NCBI GenBank assembly: GCA_963674745.2
Contig: CAXXDV010000003.1
Coordinates: forward strand, 352,001 to 416,000
Length of the DNA stretch: 64,000 nt
Direction: 5' to 3'
Origin: Desulfosudaceae bacterium
GTDB lineage: Bacteria > Desulfobacterota > Desulfobacteria > Desulfobacterales > Desulfosudaceae
Part shown: piece after piece, positions 56,732 through 64,000 of the stretch
Position numbering within the stretch: the first letter of the stretch is position 1
Layout of the letters: each line of letters starts with the position of its first letter
The notes under the pieces: model-generated
What the model saw: only the letters and a program-made list of their open reading frames with translations
What the model was told of the DNA's origin: nothing
Database searches by the model: none
Made by a program: the position numbers and the translations under genes

Positions 56732-57661
56732 ATGCAACTGGTTGAAGGGCTGGATAAAATAAACGGGCCTTATACAAAAGCGGTTGTCACCATCGGCAAC
56801 TTTGACGGTGTCCATAAAGGGCACCAGGCGCTGTTTCGGATATTGTGCAATAAATCCGCACAATTAGGCGGCACGTCAGTGGTGATTACCTTTGAGCCGC
56901 ATCCGGCAAGGGTTGTGGGGGGAAAATCCAGTTTGCCGCTGATTACCATGTATGAACAGAAAATTGAACTGATTGCCGCTTTGGGTGTGGATGTCTGCCT
57001 CTGCATTCCTTTTACTGAAGAATTCGCCGTCATGTCCGCACATGATTTCGTCAGCCATATTCTTGTTGATCGTCTTGGTATGGCCGCCATTATTGTGGGA
57101 AAGGATTATGCCTTTGGTAAAAATCGTGAGGGTGATGTCGAGTTCCTACGTAAATATTCAGAAATTCAAGGTTTTGAGTTGATCTGCCTGGATGAGGTGC
57201 CGTCGGCCGACGGTCTGCCGCGTATCAGCAGTACCATTATCCGTGAAACTGTCGGGCGGGGTGATATGGGGACGGCATTTGAACTGCTGGGACGTTATTA
57301 TCAGATCAGGGGCAGGGTGGTTTCCGGCCGCGGGCGGGGCGGCCGCAGCCTGGGGTTTCCCACGGCCAACCTGGAGCTGGTTGATGAGTTGTGCCCCCCG
57401 TCGGGTGTTTATGCTGTTTATGTCGAATACCGGTCGGAGCGATTCAAGGGCGTCGCCAATATCGGTTACAGCCCTACCTTTGATGACCATTTGTTTACTG
57501 TTGAAGTTCATATAATGGATTTTGATGATCAGATAAGAGGTCAGAACATAAAGGTCGATTTTGTAAAACGGTTGCGCGCGGAAACGAAATTTCCGGGAAT
57601 CGAGGAGCTGAAAGCACAAATTTTTAAAGACATTGAACAGGCCAAAGCCCTGCTGCAATAA
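56732..57661 (+). CDS. ribF: Bifunctional riboflavin kinase/FAD synthetase
   Basis: IGNFDGVHKGH, TFEPHP, ISSTIIR, LGFPTAN, GVYA, VEVHI. Confidence 0.96.
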   Translation: MQLVEGLDKINGPYTKAVVTIGNFDGVHKGHQALFRILCNKSAQLGGTSVVITFEPHPARVVGGKSSLPLITMYEQKIELIAALGVDVCLCIPFTEEFAVMSAHDFVSHILVDRLGMAAIIVGKDYAFGKNREGDVEFLRKYSEIQGFELICLDEVPSADGLPRISSTIIRETVGRGDMGTAFELLGRYYQIRGRVVSGRGRGGRSLGFPTANLELVDELCPPSGVYAVYVEYRSERFKGVANIGYSPTFDDHLFTVEVHIMDFDDQIRGQNIKVDFVKRLRAETKFPGIEELKAQIFKDIEQAKALLQ

Positions 57662-57676
57662 CGGAGGTTAAAAATC

Positions 57677-58186
57677 ATGTCAATTCTTGAAATCGTCACC
57701 TATCCGGCTGATATTCTGCGGGACGGTGCCAAACCGGTCGAGCAGATTGATGAGCGGCTGCAGCAATTGATAGATGCCATGGCTGAGACCATGTATGCCA
57801 ATGCCGGTGTCGGGCTGGCGGCTGTTCAGGTGGGCAGCGACCAACAGGTGATTATATATGATATATCGGAAGAGCGGGAGAAACGGTGTTATAAGGCTTT
57901 GATAAATCCACGGATTATTGCCTCCGAAGATGAGTTTTTATCCGAGCGGGAGGGCTGCCTGAGTGTTCCTGAATTGCGGGTTGACATTAAACGGTCTTTC
58001 TGCGTTGGTGTGGACGCAATGGACCGGGACGGAAACCCTGTCCGCATTGACGCCGAAGACCTGGAAGCCGTGGTCCTTCAGCATGAAATCGATCATTTAA
58101 ACGGGGTCCTGATCCTGGATAAGGCCAGTCGTTTGAAGCGGCAGTTGTACAAGAAAAAATGCGCAAAAAGGGCCGCACAGAAATGA
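57677..58186 (+). CDS. def: Peptide deformylase
   Basis: GVGLAAVQ, EGCLS, QHEIDHLNG. Confidence 0.96.
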   Translation: MSILEIVTYPADILRDGAKPVEQIDERLQQLIDAMAETMYANAGVGLAAVQVGSDQQVIIYDISEEREKRCYKALINPRIIASEDEFLSEREGCLSVPELRVDIKRSFCVGVDAMDRDGNPVRIDAEDLEAVVLQHEIDHLNGVLILDKASRLKRQLYKKKCAKRAAQK

Positions 58187-59130
58187 CCGGGAATTTGAAG
58201 ATTCTGTTTTTCGGGACTTCGGAATACGCGGTTCCCGGTATTAAGGCGCTGGTTGACGAAGGCTGTCATGTGCCACTGGTCATCACCCAACCGGACAGGC
58301 CCCGGGGACGCGGTCGGCGTCTGTCGCCGACACCGGTCAAAGTGGCCGCACAGGAGTTGAATATCGAGGTGGCACAGCCCGAATCGGTTCGTGGCCAGGA
58401 ATTTATCAATGATATTTCCGCCCTTTCCGCGGATCTGATGGTGGTCATTTCATATGGCAGGATTCTGCCCAGGGCTGTGCTTGACGTTCCCCGTCTGGGA
58501 GCTGTCAATATTCATCCTTCTCTTTTGCCGGCCTACCGCGGTCCGTCACCTATCCAGTGGGCTGTGGTCAACATGGAACCCGTCACCGGCGTGACGAGTA
58601 TTTTTATGGATGAGGGGATGGATTCGGGCGACATTATTCTGTCTGAGACCACCCCGGTTGACCCCGGTGAAACCGCCCAGGTGCTTCATGACCGTCTGGC
58701 TGTTGTAGGGGCAACGGTTTTGATAAAGACCGTCAAGTTGGTGGCGGAAGGTAAGGCCCGGCCGGTTCCCCAGGATCATTCCCGGGCGACCCTTGCGCCG
58801 CTGTTGACCAAGGCGCACGGCCGCATTGACTGGCAAAAATCAGCGCGGCAGCTGGTGGCCTTCATCAATGGTATGACACCCTGGCCCGGGGCATTTACCT
58901 GTTTGGACAACAAACGATACAAAATTTTAAAGGCAGAGCACATCCCTGCCAGCGAAACCAGTTCGCCCGGAACCGTGTTGAAGAGTTTTCCCGGTGAGCT
59001 CAGGGTCGCGACCGGTGAGGGGGTACTTTCTGTTCTGATGATCCAGGGCGCATCCGGAAAGGCGCTTTCAATCGCTGATTTCCTGCGGGGTTCGCCTATC
59101 CCGGAGGGTTCGGTTTTTTCAAATGGTTGA
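58183..59130 (+). CDS. fmt: Methionyl-tRNA formyltransferase
   Basis: TQPDRPRGRG, NIHPSLLPAYRGPSPI, MDEGMDSG, PWPGA; ATGA overlap with def. Confidence 0.96.
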   Translation: MTGNLKILFFGTSEYAVPGIKALVDEGCHVPLVITQPDRPRGRGRRLSPTPVKVAAQELNIEVAQPESVRGQEFINDISALSADLMVVISYGRILPRAVLDVPRLGAVNIHPSLLPAYRGPSPIQWAVVNMEPVTGVTSIFMDEGMDSGDIILSETTPVDPGETAQVLHDRLAVVGATVLIKTVKLVAEGKARPVPQDHSRATLAPLLTKAHGRIDWQKSARQLVAFINGMTPWPGAFTCLDNKRYKILKAEHIPASETSSPGTVLKSFPGELRVATGEGVLSVLMIQGASGKALSIADFLRGSPIPEGSVFSNG

Positions 59131-59140
59131 TGCCGGTCCG

Positions 59141-59282
59141 GTGATTAAAGTTTTATGTGTTTAAGTGTTTACGTGATTAGCGCCCAAACCGGGCACAGTC
59201 TGCCTTCAAACCGGTAAGTAATAGTGTTGTTTAAAAGTTTATGTGCTTAAGTGGTTATGTGATTAGGTGATTAAGTGATCAT
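59141..59282 (+). repeat. Octamer tandem repeats GTGNTTAN (two blocks)
   Basis: 59141-59180 and 59227-59282: GTGATTAA, GTGTTTAA, GTGTTTAC, GTGATTAG, GTGCTTAA, GTGGTTAT and similar units. Confidence 0.8.
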
Positions 59283-59399
59283 CGTCCCACCCGGCTGTTT
59301 TTCAAAACCAGATCTGCAAAAATAAATAGTGTTATAACTTGGGAAGTGGTTAAAGGTTTAATGTTATGTTTAAAAAAAACAACGCCTCTGGAAGAGTAT

Positions 59400-59609
59400 A
59401 TGAAAAATAATGATGATTCTAAGATAGTGTTTTCGGGGACGACAATTTCTAAGAAAAATGCAAATAAAGTCGGCCTTGGATTTATCTTTGGTCTAGCAGG
59501 AGTTGTCTTTTCCGTGGTTGTATTTGATAATAACAAACCCGCCGCATATGTGACATGCACAATTTGCATAGTGGCCGGGTTTGTTGTTGGGAATAAAATA
59601 TTTAAATAA
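59400..59609 (+). CDS. Solo cassette gene: small two-TM membrane protein
   Basis: 69 aa, AT-rich, two hydrophobic helices; core GTTATGT at 59363-59369 upstream and an attC downstream. Confidence 0.65.
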   Translation: MKNNDDSKIVFSGTTISKKNANKVGLGFIFGLAGVVFSVVVFDNNKPAAYVTCTICIVAGFVVGNKIFK

Positions 59610-59613
59610 TTTA

Positions 59614-59734
59614 ACATATCAACACCATGCATTTGATTCGCAGGGGCGGACTGTTTATAGTATCGTGGTTCGCTGTTAACGTGGCTTTGCAAAGGTCACT
59701 GTTCCCTGCGCCCAAGTGACGGTGGACGATAGTA
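59614..59734 (+). mobile_element. attC site, near copy of attC1, with ATC/GAT cores
   Basis: Aligns end to end with 15825-15947 (AACACCATGCA..TGTTAACGTGGCTTT..CCCAAGTGACGGTGGAC). Confidence 0.85.
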
Positions 59735-59775
59735 GTAAGGTTGTATGGGTGGGCAAGAACTTTGGAAGGGATAAC

Positions 59776-59823
59776 CTAACCACTTAAACACCTAATCACT
59801 TAACCACATAACCACAAAATCAT
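59776..59823 (-). repeat. Inverted copy of the GTGNTTAN octamer array
   Basis: CTAACCAC-TTAAACAC-CTAATCAC-TTAACCAC-ATAACCAC on the plus strand. Confidence 0.8.
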
Positions 59824-59888
59824 AATATGGCTTTTGATGAACGTCTTCCCACTTGTTTTCCGAATGCCTTTGAGAAAAGACTGATTCC

Positions 59889-61253
59889 ATGAAATCCGAT
59901 CCGCGCGTCACGGCAGTAAATATCCTCATTTCTCTTGAATCCGGGCGACGGACACTCGATGACCTTGTCGATACGCTTCTGACCCGACAGGCTATCCCGG
60001 AAAAACGGGACAGGGCACTGGCGACGACCCTGTTGTACGGTGTGTTACGACACCGGATGACACTGGACTGGGTGATCCGGCAACTTTCCAGCACCGCCTT
60101 TGAAAAAATAGATCCGGTTGTTCTGTCCATCCTCAGAACCGGTCTTTATCAGATCCTGTTTCTGGACAGAGTTCCGGATTACGCCGCAGTTGATTCGTCC
60201 GTCAGGATGGTCAAAAAAATGGCCGGTCCCCGTCTGGGTAATTATGTAAACGGCGTATTACGCGCTGCTACCAGGAAGCGCGATGCACTGGATTTCCCTG
60301 ACAGGTCAGCCGATCCGGTGAAATGGCTGTCGGTGACCCGGTCTTTTCCGGAATGGATGCTTCAACGCTGGATGAAACGGTATGGCCTGGCGGACACCAT
60401 CCGGTACTGTGAAATGACCAATCGTATCCCCGCCATAACCTTACGGGTGAACACGCTTAAAACGGTTTATGCCCGGGCCAGGGAAGCAATCGGCCGGGAG
60501 GCGGCACACGTTGAGGACGGGCGGTTTGCGCCCGACGCGATTTCGCTCTCCTCTCCGAAAGATTCAATAGACGTGCTGGAAAGTTTTGTGAGCGGCTGGT
60601 TTCAGGTCCAGGGTGAAGCAGCACAACTGGTCTGCCTGCTGCTGGATCCGCAACCGAAAGAGCGCGTGCTGGATGCCTGTGCCGGGTTGGGCGGTAAAAC
60701 GGGCTATATCGCGCAACTGATGGAGAACTGCGGAAAAGTTGTGGCGACTGATTCCGATAAGCGAAAATTGGGGCTGCTGGCCGGGGAAATGGACCGTCTC
60801 GGGGCATCAATCGTGGAAACCCGGCAGGTCGACTGGTTAAAAAAACCATCGACGATTCCGCTAACGGAAAAATTCGACCGCGTCTTGGCCGATTGCCCCT
60901 GTTCGGGCATGGGGGTGTTGCGCCGGAATCCGGATATCAAGTGGTCTGCCTCAGTAAAGGACTTTTCAAGGTATCAGAAAAATCAGGTCCGTTTTTTATC
61001 CGTTCTGGCTGATTATGTTCGAACCGACGGTTTTTTGATATATGTGGTTTGCAGCACGGAACCTGAAGAAAACGAAAGGGTGATTGAACGGTTTTTAGAT
61101 AATCGCCGGGATTTTTATGTGGACCGGAAGTTCGGTGGAAGGGAAGGCCGGTTGCGGCCGTTTATCAATGATACGGGTTATTTTAAGACATCGATTTATC
61201 CCCATGATCTGGATGGGTTTTTCGGTGTGCGGTTAAAGAAAAAACAATCATGA
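59889..61253 (+). CDS. rsmB: 16S rRNA m5C967 methyltransferase RsmB/Sun
   Basis: NusB-like N-terminus, VLDACAGLGGKT, DCPCSGMG..RRNPDIKW, CSTEPEENE, DGFF. Confidence 0.95.
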   Translation: MKSDPRVTAVNILISLESGRRTLDDLVDTLLTRQAIPEKRDRALATTLLYGVLRHRMTLDWVIRQLSSTAFEKIDPVVLSILRTGLYQILFLDRVPDYAAVDSSVRMVKKMAGPRLGNYVNGVLRAATRKRDALDFPDRSADPVKWLSVTRSFPEWMLQRWMKRYGLADTIRYCEMTNRIPAITLRVNTLKTVYARAREAIGREAAHVEDGRFAPDAISLSSPKDSIDVLESFVSGWFQVQGEAAQLVCLLLDPQPKERVLDACAGLGGKTGYIAQLMENCGKVVATDSDKRKLGLLAGEMDRLGASIVETRQVDWLKKPSTIPLTEKFDRVLADCPCSGMGVLRRNPDIKWSASVKDFSRYQKNQVRFLSVLADYVRTDGFLIYVVCSTEPEENERVIERFLDNRRDFYVDRKFGGREGRLRPFINDTGYFKTSIYPHDLDGFFGVRLKKKQS

Positions 61254-62212
61254 TGCGTATCCTCAAGCTGGTCATACTGTTTTTCGGTTTTTCCTTTATT
61301 ATCGGTGTCGGCGCTTATATGGCGGTTGTCTTTCTGGTCGAAAGCGAGGAAACCGTAATCGTTCCCGACCTGATCGGCAAGGATGTGGTTTACTGCCTGG
61401 AACTGTTGACTGACCTGGGGCTGGACATCAAGGTAAAAGATTCGCAATACAGTGATTCGGTGGCCAATCATCATGTTATCAACCAGGACCCCGAGCCGGG
61501 TGCCGTCATCAAAAAAGGCCGGGACATTAATCTTTTCCTATCCAAGGGGAAAAAGTTTATTCAATTGCCGGATCTGCGAAAGGGATTGTTGAGCCAGGCA
61601 CGTCTGGTCCTCGAAGCCAATGGATTGCATACGGGCATTGTTTCCGAAACGTATCATGAACGGTACGCACAGCAAAAAGTGCTCGCCCAGGAACCCGTCC
61701 CGGGAACAATAGCGGCCAGGGGATCGGCTGTCAATCTGCTGATCAGCAAAGGGACCAGGCCGGTCGCGTACCTCATGCCGGATTTAACGGGTATGCCCTT
61801 TTCCTCGGCGGCGATTGTCCTGGAACAATGCGGCCTGTCGGCCGGTGACATTAGATCGGTTTCGGATGACAAGTATCCCCGGAACACGGTCATCAGCCAT
61901 GAGCCGGAAGCCGGGTACCGGGTTTTTGAAGGCAGTCATGTTAACCTGACCATCAATCGGGTTGAAGAACAGAGCCCTTATCGGTTTCTAACGGGAAACG
62001 GTGTGGCCCTTTTTCGCTATAGACTTGAAAAAGGCTTTTTGAACAGGCATATTAGAATACTGTTGAATTGCTACGGCTTATCAATGTCTGTCGTGGATGA
62101 TTTCAAAAAACCGGGTGACGAGGTGTGGGTATTGGTGCCGTCCCACAGGGACGCCACTATTTTTGTGTATGTGGATCATGAACTGGTTATGACTGAAGTT
62201 TTTGGTGGCTAA
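61250..62212 (+). CDS. PASTA domain protein (3 PASTA repeats, no kinase)
   Basis: TM helix, then [43 protein letters not shown]. Confidence 0.88.
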   Translation: MMRILKLVILFFGFSFIIGVGAYMAVVFLVESEETVIVPDLIGKDVVYCLELLTDLGLDIKVKDSQYSDSVANHHVINQDPEPGAVIKKGRDINLFLSKGKKFIQLPDLRKGLLSQARLVLEANGLHTGIVSETYHERYAQQKVLAQEPVPGTIAARGSAVNLLISKGTRPVAYLMPDLTGMPFSSAAIVLEQCGLSAGDIRSVSDDKYPRNTVISHEPEAGYRVFEGSHVNLTINRVEEQSPYRFLTGNGVALFRYRLEKGFLNRHIRILLNCYGLSMSVVDDFKKPGDEVWVLVPSHRDATIFVYVDHELVMTEVFGG

Positions 62213-62223
62213 GGAGAAAAAAT

Positions 62224-62877
62224 ATGAAACGAATCGCACCGTCGATCCTTTCTGCGGATTTTACAAAACTGGGTGAAGAGATTAAGGCAGTTGAACAGGC
62301 CGGTGCCGACTGGATCCACTTCGACGTTATGGACGGCCGTTTTGTACCCAATATTACGATCGGACCGATGATCGTCGACGCGGTCAAGCGGGTGACCGAT
62401 CTGCCCGTGGACGTGCATCTCATGATCGTGGAACCGGAAAAGTATGTTCAGGATTTCGCGGATGCGGGAGCGGACCTGATTGCCGTCCATGCTGAAACCG
62501 GAGGGCACTTGAACAGGACCATTCAGCAGATTAAAGAAGCCGGGGCGAAAGCCGGGGTGGCGCTGAATCCGTCTACGCCGGTTGAATCGCTTTCATGGGT
62601 TCTGGAATATCTTGATCTGGTCGTTATCATGAGTGTCAACCCGGGGTTCGGCGGGCAGAAATTTATCCCCAATTCACTGGAGCGCATCCGGTTGCTGAAA
62701 TCAATGATCACGGAAAGGAATCTGCCAACGCTGATCGAGGTGGATGGCGGGGTAAACGCAAAAACCGTGGCGGCTGTGGCCGAGGCCGGTGCGGACGTGC
62801 TGGTGGCGGGATCGGCGGTGTTTAACAGTGATGATTACAAGGCCACGATCGGGGAATTAAAAAAACTGGCGGGATAA
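62224..62877 (+). CDS. rpe: Ribulose-phosphate 3-epimerase
   Basis: [37 protein letters not shown]. Confidence 0.97.
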   Translation: MKRIAPSILSADFTKLGEEIKAVEQAGADWIHFDVMDGRFVPNITIGPMIVDAVKRVTDLPVDVHLMIVEPEKYVQDFADAGADLIAVHAETGGHLNRTIQQIKEAGAKAGVALNPSTPVESLSWVLEYLDLVVIMSVNPGFGGQKFIPNSLERIRLLKSMITERNLPTLIEVDGGVNAKTVAAVAEAGADVLVAGSAVFNSDDYKATIGELKKLAG

Positions 62878-62899
62878 AACAGGGAGGGGGATTAACATC

Positions 62900-63346
62900 A
62901 TGGCGGACAGGAAACGCAGAGTGCTGGTCATTCATGGGCCGAATCTGAACATGCTGGGTAAGAGAGAACCCGAGCAATACGGCCGGGATACCCTGGCGGA
63001 TATTGACGCCGCCATCAAAGAGGCCGCTTCCGGTTACGGCCTGGATGTGGAATGCTTTCAATCCAACAGTGAATCGGTCCTGGTGGACAAGATCCAGTCC
63101 CTGGTCGGCAGTGACGTGGGCGGACTGATTATCAACCCCGCGGCATACACCCATACCAGTGTGGCGATTCGGGATGCGGTTCTGCTGCTGGATATGCCGG
63201 TGGTGGAAGTCCATCTGTCCAACATTTATGCCCGGGAGTCGTTCCGGCACAAGTCCATGATTTCCGGGGTGGCCACCGGCCAGGTGGCGGGGTTCGGCAA
63301 GACGGGTTACCTGATGGCCTTGATGGCCCTGGCGGAACGGATATAA
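62900..63346 (+). CDS. aroQ: Type II 3-dehydroquinate dehydratase
   Basis: [36 protein letters not shown]. Confidence 0.96.
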   Translation: MADRKRRVLVIHGPNLNMLGKREPEQYGRDTLADIDAAIKEAASGYGLDVECFQSNSESVLVDKIQSLVGSDVGGLIINPAAYTHTSVAIRDAVLLLDMPVVEVHLSNIYARESFRHKSMISGVATGQVAGFGKTGYLMALMALAERI

Positions 63347-63352
63347 GACAGC

Positions 63353-63524
63353 GGGACGGGGGGATTTTTTTGCGACGGATCGTTTTTGGGATTCATCAAA
63401 TGCCTTCGCTGAAATTGCTCAAACTCGGGCTTCGCCCTCAGACAGTGAGCAATCTCAACGCTTCGGCATTGGATGAATTTATTCCCAAAAACAATCAACG
63501 CCGCTTCAAAAATACCCCCGTCCC
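63353..63524. repeat. Long imperfect palindromic element (MITE/REP-like, about 170 bp)
   Basis: GGGACGGGGG..ATTTTT / AAAAATACCCCCGTCCC termini with nested pairings TTTTTGGGA/TCCCAAAAA, AATGCC/GGCATT and ATTGCTCA/TGAGCAAT. Confidence 0.7.
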
Positions 63525-63675
63525 TATACCAGGCATTACATTTTTAAGGACTTTTGATCAGTGTTATGAGCAATAATGTCATTGACAGGAATTATTAGTA
63601 AAATTTTTATAGTTAAGTTGTTGTTAGGCTTGTTCACGCAATGGTGATAAGTGATAAGCCAGATAAGGATTTTTT

Positions 63676-64000
63676 ATGAGAGCGGTGATTCAACGGGTTA
63701 AACAGAGTTCGGTGACGGTTGATGGAAAGGTGATCGGCGAAATCGAGGCCGGACTGATGGTGCTGCTGGGGGTAAGTGTCGATGACGGGGAAAAGGATGC
63801 CGATTTTCTGGCGTCCAAGATCGTTAACCTGAGAATTTTCGAGGATGAGGCCGGTAAAATGAATCGCTCGCTTCTGGACAGCGGCGGCGCCATGCTGGTG
63901 GTCTCCCAGTTTACCCTGATGGGTGACTGCCGCAAAGGCCGCAGGCCTTCTTTTATCAAGGCCGCTTTGCCTGACAAAGCCATCCCATTGTATGAATATT
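63676..64000 (+). CDS. dtd: D-aminoacyl-tRNA deacylase (partial, runs off the right edge)
   Basis: Hand translation: [17 protein letters not shown]...[12 protein letters not shown]...[18 protein letters not shown]. Confidence 0.95.
   Translation, partial: MRAVIQRVKQSSVTVDGKVIGEIEAGLMVLLGVSVDDGEKDADFLASKIVNLRIFEDEAGKMNRSLLDSGGAMLVVSQFTLMGDCRKGRRPSFIKAALPDKAIPLYEY

Noticed and set aside
59279..59692. 137-aa minus-strand ORF
   Set aside because: Antisense to the cassette gene and begins inside the attC; cassette orientation favours the plus-strand ORF.
63370..63983. Short ORFs at 63370 (+), 63307 (-) and 63690 (-)
   Set aside because: They derive from the palindromic element or are antisense to dtd.

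Overview
Bacterial chromosome segment. Gene families and repeat types suggest an anaerobic deltaproteobacterium (Desulfobacterales-like; inferred). The left edge holds the 5' part of a PfaA-like iterative type I PKS (KS-AT-tandem ACP, minus strand, missing from the ORF track). A cyclic-dinucleotide (c-di-GMP-I/GEMM) riboswitch with an overlapping terminator precedes it. Next come MFS, hydrolase, GT-C and acyl-CoA metabolism genes, then an integron-type cassette array with attC sites but no integrase in the window (15.3-19.5 kb), headed by an unusual TGGAAAA repeat/palindrome region. Further on are a redox cluster (TlpA, cNMP-rhodanese, MauE/DoxX), an IS3 remnant with an attC-flanked toxin-antitoxin pair, a MerR-TetR-associated catabolic cluster, a VIT-vWA GlyGly-CTERM protein with its rhombosortase, and surface Ig/beta-barrel proteins. 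A hybrid kinase, a TonB-dependent Ni/Co-type uptake operon with a structured attenuator-like leader, a YcaO-like gene, ptsP, a degenerate GGDEF gene and tRNA-Leu follow. The window ends in the housekeeping run ribF-def-fmt-rsmB-PASTA-rpe-aroQ-dtd. Between fmt and rsmB sits a solo gene cassette whose attC is a near copy of the first attC of the array 44 kb away, enclosed by inverted octamer repeat arrays. All calls are by eye from sequence motifs; no database searches were run.
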